Shown: positions 20,051 to 30,984, counted from the first letter of the whole stretch. The stretch is DNA of 60,231 bases, filler included, from 7 parts of 7 records of this genome joined end to end with filler, not necessarily neighbours in it, one strand, 5' to 3'. Numbers and translations are program-made. The notes: generated by a model from the letters alone, not told the origin.

Positions 20051-21411
20051 TGCCCGTTTACGATCACAAAGATACCATTGCCGCGATCTCAACTCCGCCG
20101 GGAGTTGGGGGAATTGCAGTTATTCGTCTTTCGGGTGAAAATGCCCGTGAGATTGCACTGTTGGGTGTTGAATTAAATGAGCTCAAAGTTCGTTATGCTC
20201 ATTTCTCGCGTGTTGTAAATCCTGAAAATACCGAGGCCATTGATGATGTTGTGATCACCTATTTTAAAGCGCCCGCATCGTACACGGGTGATGATACGGT
20301 AGAAATTTCCTGCCATGGCGGTTATGCCGCCGCACCGGCTATTCTTGAATTGTACTATAAACTTGGTGCTCGCCCTGCGCTGCCCGGCGAATTCACGCGT
20401 CGCGCATTTTTAAATGGTAAAATGGACCTTCTTCAGGCAGAGGCTGTTGCCGATCTTATCCATGCGGTTTCGGATAGTGGCAAAAAACTGGCGACAAGGA
20501 CCCTTGAGGGCAAATTGTCCAATAAGGTTTCAGCTCTAAGACAAGAATTGACCGATATCGCCTCTATTCTGGAGCTTGAGCTGGATTTTGTAGAGCAAGA
20601 GATCAACACACTAGATCACCGTGAGGTTCTCGCGAAAGTCGTTCGGGCAAAAGAACACCTTCTTGCGCTGTACAATTCATACTCGGGTGGCAAGATCTTA
20701 CGCGAAGGTGCTTTGGTTTCTATCGCAGGAAGACCCAATGCCGGAAAATCTTCTCTCTTAAATGCCCTGCTGGAAGAAGAGCGAGCTATTGTTTCACATA
20801 TACCCGGAACAACCCGTGATACCATTGAAGAATCCTTTGTTCATGATGGCGTCGTATTCAGATTAGTAGATACTGCCGGTTTGCGAGAAACAAATGATCT
20901 TATTGAAAAGATCGGAACAGACAGGGCAAAAAATACGCTTCAAAATTCAAATCTTATCCTTCTTGTCGTTGATCCCGAAAACAAGGAGGAGCCTGCTTTT
21001 GAAAAAGCATTTATTGCCGAGTATGCCAATAAAGAGATCATCGTAGTTTATAACAAGAACGATCTTAGACAAAACACTCCGAACTTGGAGTGCAAACATT
21101 CCATCTCAATCTCGGCTCTTCACAAAACGGGCATTACAGATCTTTCAAAATTAATGTCCAATATCATTAAAGATCATTTCCAGCTTGGTGGGGAGACGAT
21201 CGCTATTACCCGCCAGCGCCATAAACTGGCCCTGCAAGATTCGCTTTCGGCACTTCGTCGAACCGAAGAAGCTTTGCAAAACCAAATGTCCAACGAATTT
21301 CTTGCTCTGGATATCCGCGAAGCCATTTCTGCCTTGGACGACATTACAGGACACACAACATCGCAAGATGTTCTAAATAATATTTTTGATCAGTTCTGTA
21401 TTGGAAAGTAG
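20050..21411 (+). CDS. mnmE: tRNA modification GTPase MnmE
   Basis: DTIAAISTPPG, GRPNAGKSS, GTTRD, DTAGLR, terminal FCIGK. Confidence 0.97.
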   Translation: MPVYDHKDTIAAISTPPGVGGIAVIRLSGENAREIALLGVELNELKVRYAHFSRVVNPENTEAIDDVVITYFKAPASYTGDDTVEISCHGGYAAAPAILELYYKLGARPALPGEFTRRAFLNGKMDLLQAEAVADLIHAVSDSGKKLATRTLEGKLSNKVSALRQELTDIASILELELDFVEQEINTLDHREVLAKVVRAKEHLLALYNSYSGGKILREGALVSIAGRPNAGKSSLLNALLEEERAIVSHIPGTTRDTIEESFVHDGVVFRLVDTAGLRETNDLIEKIGTDRAKNTLQNSNLILLVVDPENKEEPAFEKAFIAEYANKEIIVVYNKNDLRQNTPNLECKHSISISALHKTGITDLSKLMSNIIKDHFQLGGETIAITRQRHKLALQDSLSALRRTEEALQNQMSNEFLALDIREAISALDDITGHTTSQDVLNNIFDQFCIGK

Positions 21412-21564
21412 TATTTGACCTTGTCTCCTTGACAGGATCACAAGATGATCTTTGTTGTTTTTGACCAGATTACATGATTACGTGTTTTTCAGCATTTCAT
21501 CGCTTCAACAAACATAATTTATAATTCGTTTAGTCTTTTGTTTTCAATATCATAAATTTATCAT

Positions 21565-21882
21565 ATGGCAAAATTTTACGACATTGTGGTGGTTGGCGGT
21601 GGTCATGCCGGGGTGGAGGCAGCACTTGCGGCTGCGCGCAGTGGCAAAAAAACCGCATTGATCACGATTGAAAAATCCTCTATCGCCCGTATGAGCTGTA
21701 ACCCGTCTATCGGTGGATTGGCAAAAGGACATTTGGTTCGCGAGCTTGATGTTCTGGGTGGAGAAATGGGTAAAGCAATTGATGCAACCGGCATACAATT
21801 CAAATTACTCAATCGCTCCAAAGGCCGTGCCGTTTGGTCCCCCCGCGCCCAGGCCGATAAGATCAAATATGAAAAATACATG
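21565..21882 (+). CDS. mnmG: tRNA modification enzyme MnmG, 5' part
   Basis: [26 protein letters not shown]. Confidence 0.97.
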
Positions 21883-21982
21883 NNNNNNNNNNNNNNNNNN
21901 NNNNNNNNNNNNNNNNNNNNNNNNNNTTAATTAATTAANNNNNNNNNNNNNNNNNNNNNNNNNNNNNNNNNNNNNNNNNNNN
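21883..21982. other. Artificial contig linker
   Basis: N-run with TTAATTAATTAA. Confidence 0.98.
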
Positions 21983-21984
21983 TC

Positions 21985-22392
21985 GACGGGACCGGGACGC
22001 AGGAAGAGGCGGCGGAAGAGGTGGCGGAAGAAGCGGCGCAAGTGGGGATGGAAGAGGCGACGGAAGAAGCCCCGGCCGAAGACAATGCCGCGACCATCGC
22101 AACCGACGACGCCGAACCGACGGACGATACGGAAAACGGGGAAATTTTCGCGGAAGCGGAAACGGCCGAGACCCCCCATATGAACGTCGAGCCGGACGAC
22201 AGCGGTGCCGACACAGGATTCGACCCGACGACAGCCGAAAATTCGGAAGACGCCGTCGCCGAAGCCGATGCCGGTGTCGCCGAGTCCGAAAACCAGACCG
22301 AGGACGCCTCCGAGCCGACGACGGCCGAGGCCGAAGACAATCCGGATGGGGATGAATCGCCGTCCGACGAAGATTCGAAACCGACGAATTGA
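21985..22392 (+). CDS. Very acidic low-complexity C-terminus of the gene before fliN (FliH by position)
   Basis: Open frame from the contig edge, E/D/A/T/P-rich; identity inferred from synteny only. Confidence 0.5.
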   Translation, partial: DGTGTQEEAAEEVAEEAAQVGMEEATEEAPAEDNAATIATDDAEPTDDTENGEIFAEAETAETPHMNVEPDDSGADTGFDPTTAENSEDAVAEADAGVAESENQTEDASEPTTAEAEDNPDGDESPSDEDSKPTN

Positions 22393-22415
22393 GATCTGAT
22401 CGATAGGAGAGATCG

Positions 22416-22802
22416 ATGGCTGAAGATCAGAACCTGGACTTGACCGAATTGGAGGACGAGTTCGCCGCGGCAGTCGCGGAACAACAAGCCGACAGCGCCG
22501 CCGCCACGGTCGGCGATAGCGGTGCCTTGCCGGATCTCGGCGATTTGACACAGGGCGCGCAGGAACTGGGGGCCGTATACGACATTCCGGTTCAGGTTTC
22601 CGCCGTTCTCGGCAAAGCGACCATGCAGGTCAGCCAGTTGTTGAAACTGGGTCGCGGCGCCGTCGTCGAACTCGACCGCAAGGTCGGCGAGGCAATCGAC
22701 ATTTACGTCAACAACCGGCTGGTCGCACGCGGCGAGGTCGTCGTCGTCGAAGACCGGTTGGGCGTGACCATGACTGAAATCGTCAAGACCGACCGGTCGT
22801 AG
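22416..22802 (+). CDS. fliN: Flagellar motor switch protein FliN
   Basis: DIPVQVSAVLG, VELDRKVGEAIDIYVNNRLVARGEVVVV. Confidence 0.95.
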   Translation: MAEDQNLDLTELEDEFAAAVAEQQADSAAATVGDSGALPDLGDLTQGAQELGAVYDIPVQVSAVLGKATMQVSQLLKLGRGAVVELDRKVGEAIDIYVNNRLVARGEVVVVEDRLGVTMTEIVKTDRS

Positions 22803-22813
22803 AGGATCCGACA

Positions 22814-23629
22814 ATGGCGGACGGCCGTTCTGACGTTGCTGTTGGTCGTGCCAAATCAGGCCTGGATGCCGCGACAGTCGTCGGACTTGTTTGCGGCTTC
22901 GGCCTGATCGGTGGGGCCATCTTCTTGGGGGGACAACCGGCGAGTTTTGTCAACCTGCCGGGTATAATGATCGTCATCGGCGGCACCTTCGCCGTTACCA
23001 CCATGTGTTTTTCAATTTCGGAAGTGGCGCGGACGGCACGCATTCTGTCTAAAACCGTGTTTTATACGGGGCGTGATTCGTCGGAAGCCGCAATCAATGT
23101 GCTTCGGGTCGCCGATATGGCGCGCCGCCAGGGTGTCTTGTCGCTGCAGGGGGTTATGGACGCCCTGAGGTCGGAACCGTTCCTGCACAAGGGCATCTCG
23201 ATGGTGGTCGACGGCACACCCGGCGAAGAGGTCGAACTGATCCTGCACCGGGACATCCAGGCGACCATTCTGCGCCATCAAAGCAGCACCAACGTTCTTC
23301 GCAAGGCGGCCGAATTCGCCCCGGCAATGGGCCTGATCGGCACGCTGATCGGACTTGTCCAGATGCTCGGCAGCCTCGACGACCCGACGACCATCGGCCC
23401 AAGCATGGCGGTGGCGCTTCTCACCACCTTCTACGGTGCGGTTTTGGCGAACCTGGTGTTTTCGCCCTTGGCGGCGAAACTCGAACGCAATTCTTCCGAA
23501 GAAACCCTCATCAATAACGTCTACGCGATGGGTGTGGCCTCGATCGGCCGGCAGGAAAACCCCCGTCGCCTCGAAATGCTGTTGAACAGCGTCCTCCCGC
23601 CAATGAAGCGGGTCCAATTCTTCGACTAA
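22814..23629 (+). CDS. motA: Flagellar stator protein MotA/PomA
   Basis: APAMGLIGTLIGLVQML, AVALLTTFYG. Confidence 0.88.
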   Translation: MADGRSDVAVGRAKSGLDAATVVGLVCGFGLIGGAIFLGGQPASFVNLPGIMIVIGGTFAVTTMCFSISEVARTARILSKTVFYTGRDSSEAAINVLRVADMARRQGVLSLQGVMDALRSEPFLHKGISMVVDGTPGEEVELILHRDIQATILRHQSSTNVLRKAAEFAPAMGLIGTLIGLVQMLGSLDDPTTIGPSMAVALLTTFYGAVLANLVFSPLAAKLERNSSEETLINNVYAMGVASIGRQENPRRLEMLLNSVLPPMKRVQFFD

Positions 23630-23654
23630 CGGCGCGGCGCAGGAGACAAAAACG

Positions 23655-25001
23655 ATGCATTTGCTGATTATCGGATCAATGGATGGCCAAATCGGGGCGG
23701 CAAGTCAGATTGCCATTTCCCGTGGGGTCAAGGTGCTTCAGGCCGGGTCGGTCGAGCGCGGCCTCGACATCCTGCGCTCGGGCAAGGGCGCCGATCTGGT
23801 GATGATCGACGCGACACTGAACGTTTCCGATCTCGTCTCGTCCCTTCAATCGGAGCGCATTACGGTTCCCGTCATCGCGTGCGGAACCGGGACCGACGCC
23901 GATGTCGCCGTTCGCGCCATCAAGGCGGGCGCCAAGGAATATGTGCCGCTTCCGCCCGACGCCGAATTGATCGCCGCCATTCTGGCCGCCGTCGTCGAAG
24001 AGGACTGCGCGCTGGTTCATGCCGATCCGCGCATGGAAGAGGTGCTGAAACTGGCCGGACAGGTGGCGCCGAGCGAAGCCAGCATCCTGATCACCGGGGC
24101 ATCGGGCACCGGCAAAGAGGTCATGGCCAAACACATCCACGCCAAAAGCCGGCGCGCCGACCACCGTTTCGTCGCCGTCAACTGCGCGGCGATCCCCGAA
24201 AACCTCTTGGAATCGGAACTTTTCGGTCACGAAAAGGGATCCTTCACGGGTGCCGTCGCGCGCCGCATCGGCAAGTTCGAGGAAGCCACCGGCGGGACGC
24301 TTCTTCTCGACGAAATCAGCGAAATGGACCCGCGCATGCAGGCCAAACTGCTGCGCGCCATCCAGGAACGCGAGATCGACCGGGTCGGCGGCAAGAAACC
24401 GATTTCCGTCGATGTCCGGATCATCGCCACCAGCAACCGCGACATGGAAAAAGAAGTCTCTACCGGGGCCTTCCGCGAGGATCTGTTTTTCCGTCTGAAT
24501 GTGGTCAATATCAACCTGCCGCCGCTGCGCGACCGGCCGCACGACGTGATGATTCTGGCCGAACATTTCATAAAGAAATATTCCGAGGCCAACGGCACCC
24601 CTGCCCTGCCTCTGTCGAAAGAGGCCCAGACCCAGCTGACGTCTCACGACTGGCCGGGAAACGTGCGCGAACTGGAAAATACCGTGCACCGCGCGGTGCT
24701 GCTGTCAAGCGGACCGGAAATCGAACCCGAAGCCTTCGGCCTGACGGTGCGCACCCGCACCGACCCGGCGGCGCACATGGACGGCGCCGAGCCCGGTACC
24801 GCCGGTTTGGTCGGACGTACCGTTTCCGAAGTCGAGCGCGAACTGATCATCGATACGTTGCAGCATTGCCTCGGAAACCGTACCCACGCGGCAACCATTC
24901 TGGGCATTTCGATCCGCACGCTTCGCAACAAACTGAAGCAGTACATGAACGATGGCTTCTCCGTGCCGATGCCCGGCGAACACGAGCAAACGACGGCATG
25001 A
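23655..25001 (+). CDS. flbD: sigma54-dependent flagellar activator FlbD
   Basis: Receiver + AAA+ (GASGTGKE, ESELFGHEKGSFTGA) + HTH (GNRTHAATILGISIRTLRNKL); between fliN and flhA. Confidence 0.9.
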   Translation: MHLLIIGSMDGQIGAASQIAISRGVKVLQAGSVERGLDILRSGKGADLVMIDATLNVSDLVSSLQSERITVPVIACGTGTDADVAVRAIKAGAKEYVPLPPDAELIAAILAAVVEEDCALVHADPRMEEVLKLAGQVAPSEASILITGASGTGKEVMAKHIHAKSRRADHRFVAVNCAAIPENLLESELFGHEKGSFTGAVARRIGKFEEATGGTLLLDEISEMDPRMQAKLLRAIQEREIDRVGGKKPISVDVRIIATSNRDMEKEVSTGAFREDLFFRLNVVNINLPPLRDRPHDVMILAEHFIKKYSEANGTPALPLSKEAQTQLTSHDWPGNVRELENTVHRAVLLSSGPEIEPEAFGLTVRTRTDPAAHMDGAEPGTAGLVGRTVSEVERELIIDTLQHCLGNRTHAATILGISIRTLRNKLKQYMNDGFSVPMPGEHEQTTA

Positions 25002-25046
25002 GCCGCCCCGCAGCCCAACCGGAAATACTGACGGATAACGACTGAA

Positions 25047-27170
25047 ATGGCTGAGGCATCCTCCGAAACGACGCAGGCGGAATTTACCGGCGAGGATCTC
25101 AAGAATCGCCTGATCGATATTTCGCGTCGCGGCGACATCGCCATGGCGCTTGGCGTCGTCGCCATCCTGGTCGTGCTGATCCTGCCGCTGCCGCGTTGGA
25201 TGATGGACGCCGGCTTGGCCGTGTCGATCACGATGTCGGTCTTGATCCTGATGACGGCGCTGTTCATTCACAGGCCGCTTCAGTTCAATTCCTTCCCGAC
25301 GGTTCTGCTGCTGGCAACCATGCTGCGGCTGTCGCTCAACCTGGCCTCAACCCGGTTGATCCTGGCCCACGGACACGAGGGAACGAACGCCGCCGGCGCC
25401 GTCATCGAAGCCTTCGGCGGCTTCGTCATGGGCGGCAATTTTGTCATCGGCATCATCGTTTTCGCCATTCTCATCATCGTCAACTTCATCGTCATCACCA
25501 AGGGCGCCAGCCGTATCGCCGAGGTCTCGGCCCGCTTTACCCTGGACGCCATGCCCGGCAAACAGATGGCAATCGACGCCGATCTCTCGTCCGGTCTGAT
25601 CAACGAGGACGAGGCCAAGCAGCGGCGCAAGGATCTGGAAGACGAAAGCACCTTTTTCGGGGCCATGGACGGTGCCGCCAAGTTCGTGCGTGGCGATGTC
25701 GTTGCCGGCCTATTGATCACCTTCATCAACGTCGTCGCCGGCATGATCATCGGCGTCGCCCAAAACGACATGAGCTTCGGCGACGCCGCCGACGCCTATA
25801 CGCGTCTGACCGTCGGCGACGGCCTGGTCACCCAGATCCCGGCATTGATCGTTTCAACCGCGGCCGGCATGGTGGTGACCAAGGCCGGCCTTTCCGGGGC
25901 AACGGAAAAGGCCCTGTTCAAGCAGTTGGCCGGACAGCCGCGGGCGCTCGGGCTAAGCTCGTTCCTGCTCGCCTCGCTGGCCCTCCTGCCGGGCATTCCA
26001 TGGGCCCCCTTCCTGACCATTGCCGGTATCCTGGGCGGCATGGCCTTTTTCACGCATAGCCAGGAAGCAAAGGTGCGGGCGGAGGAGCGCGCTGCCGTCG
26101 AAAAGGAGATGATCGACGCCGTACCGGTCGCCGAGGAACCGATATCGACGGCGCTTCGCATCGATTATCTGCGGCTCGAACTGGGGTACGGTTTGTTGCC
26201 GATGATCAATAACCCGCGCGACGGCCAGCGCCTCACCGACCAGATCAAGGCCCTGCGCCGGCAGATGGCGTCGGATATCGGTTTTGTCATGCCGAGCGTG
26301 CGCATCCAGGACAACATGCAATTGCCGGCGAACGCCTACGTCGTGCGCGTCAAGGAAATCGATTCCGGGCGCGGCGATCTGCGCCCGAACATGCTGCTGG
26401 TCATGGACCCGCGCGGCGAGGAAATCACCCTGCCCGGCGAAAAGACCAGCGAACCGACCTTCGGGCTGGCGGCCATGTGGATCGACGAATCGAACCGCGA
26501 GGAAGCGTTGTTCCGCGGCTATACCGTGGTCGATCCGGCGACCGTAATCACGACCCATCTGACCGAGGTGATCAAGGACAACATGGCCGAGCTGCTGTCC
26601 TACGCCGAAACCCAGAAGCTTCTCGACGAGTTGGACAAAGAGCACCAGAAGCTGATCACCGACATGATCCCGAACCAGATTTCAATCGGCGGCGTCCAGC
26701 GGGTCCTACAGAACCTGTTGTCCGAACGGATTTCCATCCGCGATCTGCCGACCATTCTGGAAGCCGTTTCGGAAGCCTGCGGCCACACCCGCAACGTCAT
26801 GATGATCACCGAACACGTACGGGCCCGGCTGTCGCGCCAGATCAGCGACGGCAACGTCAACGACCAGGGCTTCATTCCGTTGGTCACGCTGTCGCCCGAA
26901 TGGGAACAGGGCTTCGCCGAAGCGCTGGTCGGCCAGGGCGAGGAACGGCAGCTGTCGATGGCGCCCAGCAAACTGCAGGATTTCATCGGGTCGCTGCGCA
27001 AGACGTTCGAACGCCAGGCGATGATGGGCGAAACCCCGGCGCTTCTGACCAGTCCCGGTATCCGACCCTATGTCCGGTCCATCGTCGAGCGGTTCCGTCC
27101 GTCGACCGTCGTCATCTCGCAGAACGAAATCCACCCGAAGGCCCGCATCAAGACCGTCGGCCAGATTTGA
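25047..27170 (+). CDS. flhA: Flagellar export gate protein FlhA
   Basis: RIAEVSARFTLDAMPGKQMAIDADL, FFGAMDGAAKFVRGD. Confidence 0.97.
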   Translation: MAEASSETTQAEFTGEDLKNRLIDISRRGDIAMALGVVAILVVLILPLPRWMMDAGLAVSITMSVLILMTALFIHRPLQFNSFPTVLLLATMLRLSLNLASTRLILAHGHEGTNAAGAVIEAFGGFVMGGNFVIGIIVFAILIIVNFIVITKGASRIAEVSARFTLDAMPGKQMAIDADLSSGLINEDEAKQRRKDLEDESTFFGAMDGAAKFVRGDVVAGLLITFINVVAGMIIGVAQNDMSFGDAADAYTRLTVGDGLVTQIPALIVSTAAGMVVTKAGLSGATEKALFKQLAGQPRALGLSSFLLASLALLPGIPWAPFLTIAGILGGMAFFTHSQEAKVRAEERAAVEKEMIDAVPVAEEPISTALRIDYLRLELGYGLLPMINNPRDGQRLTDQIKALRRQMASDIGFVMPSVRIQDNMQLPANAYVVRVKEIDSGRGDLRPNMLLVMDPRGEEITLPGEKTSEPTFGLAAMWIDESNREEALFRGYTVVDPATVITTHLTEVIKDNMAELLSYAETQKLLDELDKEHQKLITDMIPNQISIGGVQRVLQNLLSERISIRDLPTILEAVSEACGHTRNVMMITEHVRARLSRQISDGNVNDQGFIPLVTLSPEWEQGFAEALVGQGEERQLSMAPSKLQDFIGSLRKTFERQAMMGETPALLTSPGIRPYVRSIVERFRPSTVVISQNEIHPKARIKTVGQI

Positions 27171-27238
27171 CCGTGGAGGCAATTGTACATGACACCAACC
27201 CGTAAGCGCGCGGTCCTCCGGCTGGATGGCAACAAGGA

Positions 27239-27659
27239 ATGGTGACGCGACAGACCCAGGCTTCGGTTCCGGCGCAATCGGCCACCCAGACCAAGGCTCA
27301 GAACATGATCGCGGTTGCCTCCGGCAAGGGCGGTGTCGGCAAAACCTGGTTCGCCATTTCGCTGGCCCACGCCATGGCCAAGTCGGGCACGCGGACGCTT
27401 TTGTTCGACGGCGATCTGGGGCTGGCCAACCTGGACATCCAGTTGGGTTTGATGCCGAAACGCGACCTCGGCGGCGTTATCGCCGGGCGCCTGACCCTGA
27501 ACCAGGCCGTCGTTCCGTTCGAGGAAGGCGGCTTCGACATCGTCGCCGGCCGCTCCGGATCGGGCAGTCTGGCCAACATTCCGATCAACCGCCTGCGCAC
27601 CCTGGGCGAGGACCTGACCCTTCTGGCGCCGACCTACGGCCGCGTCATCATCGATCTCG
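27239..27659 (+). CDS. fleN: MinD-like flagellar number regulator FleN/FlhG, 5' part
   Basis: ASGKGGVGKT, DGDLGLANLDIQLG; follows flhA. Confidence 0.8.
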
Positions 27660-27759
27660 NNNNNNNNNNNNNNNNNNNNNNNNNNNNNNNNNNNNNNNNN
27701 NNNTTAATTAATTAANNNNNNNNNNNNNNNNNNNNNNNNNNNNNNNNNNNNNNNNNNNN
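27660..27759. other. Artificial contig linker
   Basis: N-run with TTAATTAATTAA. Confidence 0.98.
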
Positions 27760-28531
27760 AAAGTACGTGGTCTATCCCTGGATGATCAACCTTGTAGACA
27801 GAAGGACTGTCAAATGCAAGGTCTGCGTTTGTGACCTTTGCCTCTATTTTCATGGTACCGATATCCTCTCCTCTGGGAGTTGCTTCCTTTATTTGTTCCC
27901 AGTCACGGACAAAGAGTAGGTCAAAATATGTACCATCTACCATTCCACGGTTGCCTTTTCTTTTCTCATGGAGTATGAATTCCTCGAATGATATCTCAGG
28001 GATACGCTTGTTGTATATCTTCTCCCACATCTTCATGTCGATATCTTCTATGGGACCCGGCTCTGCCTTTGCCTTTGCGATGGCATCCCTGGCAATAAAC
28101 CACTGCTTCCCGTAGACTACAAAATCAATGTCGGAGCTTTCGATCTGGAGTCCGGGCAAAAGAGAGCCTGTAACTCCCATCATATCTCTGGGAATGCCTG
28201 CTTTCTCAAGCACGTCGACCACTGCTTTTACCCTGTGGTCCGTGTCATAGAACTTTTCAATAGCACTGTTTGGAGGGAGAACTTTTTTGATCTGGTTCTC
28301 AGGCACCACATGGACATCCTCTACCCATTCCGGTCTATTCTCGCGCATGAAGTCAAAAGCCACATCAAAATCATATTTCTTGTAGCGTTTTCCATTGAGT
28401 TCACGCTCCCCATTCTCATCGGGTACGTATCTCATTGTTGACCTGATGCCATTTGGGTGAAAATAATCAGAAACTGCAAATATCCAGTCATCTTTTGTAA
28501 CAAGGAAATCCCTGAGTCTTGTTTTAATCAT
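27760..28531 (-). CDS. Archaeal nucleotidyltransferase-domain protein, 5' part
   Basis: GVTGSLLPGL..SDIDFVVYG pol-beta-type motif. Confidence 0.8.
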
Positions 28532-28760
28532 GTTTAGTCTTCCTGGTGATTATCCGGTATTTTAAATTGTTTTTATTGATCGGTTTTAGTTTTCGGCAGA
28601 TATTTCTACAGGTAAACTTCCTTTTTACATAAAAATAGTGCTAAAATCATCTCTGTACTATAGAGCCCTAAATCACTTTGTTATCAAATCCGATATATAC
28701 TTCCGGCTACATGAGCTATTGTATAATTAACAGCTATTTGTCCTTGTAAGGTGAAATGAT

Positions 28761-29957
28761 TTGCAATCCTTAGAAAAATGGGTAAGGAATGTCCGCCGTG
28801 AGTTCCACAAGCACCCTGAAATGAGTTTTCAGGAATATGATACGCAGTCCCGGATTATGTCAATTCTGGAAGAACTTGGAATAAAATGCCGTAAGATAGC
28901 TGACACGGGCGTGCTTGCCGAGGTTCATGGCAGGGCCCCTGGTCCGTGTATAGCGATCCGTTCCGATATTGATGCACTGGCTGCATATGAATCTCTCACG
29001 GAGCACAATGAGGAATATATTTCTCAGAATCCGGGAGTAATGCATGCATGCGGTCACGATGGGCATATGGCAATTGTTCTGGGGGTTGCCCGTCTTCTCA
29101 AGGAGCAGCGAAAAAGCATCTGTGGTACTGTAAGATTCATTTTCCAGCCTGCTGAAGAAGTGCCTCCGGGAGGTGCGATAATGGTAATAGATGAAGGCGG
29201 ACTGGAGGGTGTTGACGCTGTCATAGGTCTGCATATCTTCGGTGATGTGGATATCGGTGCCATAAATGTACGTGCAGGTCCTTTTATGGCAAACTCGAAT
29301 CGGTTTGCCGTGAATATATTCGGGAAGGGTGGTCATCACTCGACACCTGCGCTGTGCATCGATCCTATCATGATAGCTTCCGAGTTCATATCCTCTCTTA
29401 AAACAAGTGTCTCTCAAAAGGTGTCTGCTTCGGACCATGTGCTTGGATTTGGTACCATCCACGCCGGTAAGCAGTTTAACAGGTCATCGGACGAGGTTGA
29501 GATCGTCGGCAGTTTCAGGACCTTTGACGATAATGATACTGAGATAATCGAGGGGACTATGCGTTCAATCCTTGATTCACTTATGGATTCCTATTCAACG
29601 GAGGGCATAGAAGGGCTTCCTTCCTATGATCTTGATGTCCTGCACGGTTACCCTGTTCTTTTCAATGACCCTGTTTTCACGGAAACAGCTTCTAATCTAT
29701 TGAAAAATAAGTTCGATACTGTCAATACCCATGCTGAGTCTATATTTGGTGCCGAGGACTTTGCTTATTATCTGCAGGAGGTTCCTGGTATGTATGCGAT
29801 TATCGGGACAAAAAATGTGGAAAAAGGTATAGTTGAGATTAATCATTCAGCGAGTTTTGATATAGATGAAGACGTACTGGTCATGGGTGTCGAGCTGCTT
29901 TATTCAATAGCAACGGATTTTCTTGCGAACTCAGGAGCATACCTTGAGGGGGAATAA
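28761..29957 (+). CDS. M20D amidohydrolase
   Basis: HKHPEMSFQE, RSDIDAL, MHACGHDGH, FQPAEE, GAEDFAYY. Confidence 0.9.
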   Translation: MQSLEKWVRNVRREFHKHPEMSFQEYDTQSRIMSILEELGIKCRKIADTGVLAEVHGRAPGPCIAIRSDIDALAAYESLTEHNEEYISQNPGVMHACGHDGHMAIVLGVARLLKEQRKSICGTVRFIFQPAEEVPPGGAIMVIDEGGLEGVDAVIGLHIFGDVDIGAINVRAGPFMANSNRFAVNIFGKGGHHSTPALCIDPIMIASEFISSLKTSVSQKVSASDHVLGFGTIHAGKQFNRSSDEVEIVGSFRTFDDNDTEIIEGTMRSILDSLMDSYSTEGIEGLPSYDLDVLHGYPVLFNDPVFTETASNLLKNKFDTVNTHAESIFGAEDFAYYLQEVPGMYAIIGTKNVEKGIVEINHSASFDIDEDVLVMGVELLYSIATDFLANSGAYLEGE

Positions 29958-29962
29958 CCTGG

Positions 29963-30400
29963 ATGGGCATAGTTCCTTTTTCACCTGAGTCTTCTTCCGT
30001 GACGAAGTCCTTTGTTCTTTCTGTTCTTGCAGGTGAAGGATTTGACTATGATCCATTGAAAGACTCGGACCTTGATTATATAGAAGCTGTCTATCTCAGG
30101 GATGGTGGGGCATTCTTCCTGTTTCTTGACAAAGACAAGGTTGTCGGCACGTCTGCTGTAAAGGCCCTGGCCTCCGGTGCATGTGAGATAAAAAGGATCT
30201 ATGTCAGAAAAGAATGTCGTGGAATGGGTATTGGGTCTGCAATGTTTGAAGCTGCCCTTAGACATGCAGAGAAGAGATTCTCCCGTATAATGCTCAAGAC
30301 TGATGGCTCACTTGAAAGGGCAATATCGATGTATCTCAAAAGCGGCTTCACAGTGGTAAAAGAAGAGAATGAAGTAATGTATTTTGAAAAGGTCCTATGA
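29963..30400 (+). CDS. GNAT N-acetyltransferase
   Basis: EIKRIYV..RGMGIG; AISMYLKSGF. Confidence 0.85.
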   Translation: MGIVPFSPESSSVTKSFVLSVLAGEGFDYDPLKDSDLDYIEAVYLRDGGAFFLFLDKDKVVGTSAVKALASGACEIKRIYVRKECRGMGIGSAMFEAALRHAEKRFSRIMLKTDGSLERAISMYLKSGFTVVKEENEVMYFEKVL

Positions 30401-30420
30401 CTCTGTTCTGATACGTATTT

Positions 30421-30873
30421 TCATATGGTCCTGATCATTGCGACCTCGTCGCAGTTAGGGAATTTAGGACAGTTTATACATCCGGTCCATACTTTATGCG
30501 GGAGCATCTGTTTGTCTATTACTTTAAAACCCTGTTTCTTGAAGAAGGGTACTGCATAGGTCAGGGTGAACACGTCTTTGACTCCAAGATCCTTTGCCTC
30601 TTCAATGCAGGCGTTCACCAGTTTTGTGCCAATTCCTTTGTCCCGGTATTCTGCTTTGACTGCAAAGGACAGCACTTCTGCCATATCCTCCCAGCTTATC
30701 TGAAGGGCACAGCAGCCGATAATCTCACCGTCGTTCTCACAGACGTAGAAACTGCGTGTGAACTCATAAAGTTCACTCAATGATCGCTGGAGCATCATCT
30801 CCTGCTTTGCATAAGTATCAATGATACTCTTGATTGCTGGTATATCTTTGACCGTAGCTTTCCTTATTATCAA
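30421..30873 (-). CDS. Short ArgA-like amino-acid N-acetyltransferase
   Basis: MLQRSLSELYE, LPHKVWTGCINCPKFPNCDEVAM. Confidence 0.85.
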   Translation of the reverse strand: MIIRKATVKDIPAIKSIIDTYAKQEMMLQRSLSELYEFTRSFYVCENDGEIIGCCALQISWEDMAEVLSFAVKAEYRDKGIGTKLVNACIEEAKDLGVKDVFTLTYAVPFFKKQGFKVIDKQMLPHKVWTGCINCPKFPNCDEVAMIRTI

Positions 30874-30909
30874 TTATGCATCACCGGTAATTATTAGAAT
30901 GAGAAATAG

Positions 30910-30984
30910 CGAGCGTGAAGGGATTTGAACCCCCGGCTTGCAGCTTAGGAGGCTGCCGCCATATCCTGACTAGGCCACACGCTC
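30910..30984 (-). tRNA. tRNA-Arg(CCT)
   Basis: Cloverleaf GAGCGTG..; anticodon arm GCAGC-CTCCTAA-GCTGC; T-arm GGTTCAAATCC; CCA not encoded. Confidence 0.95.

Noticed and set aside
24226-24255. GSFTGA instead of GAFTGA in FlbD as a sign of inactivity
   Set aside because: A common variant among sigma54 activators
21927-27711. Long antisense and alternate-frame ORFs over the flagellar genes
   Set aside because: Shadow ORFs from high GC3 codon bias; the sense frames match known proteins
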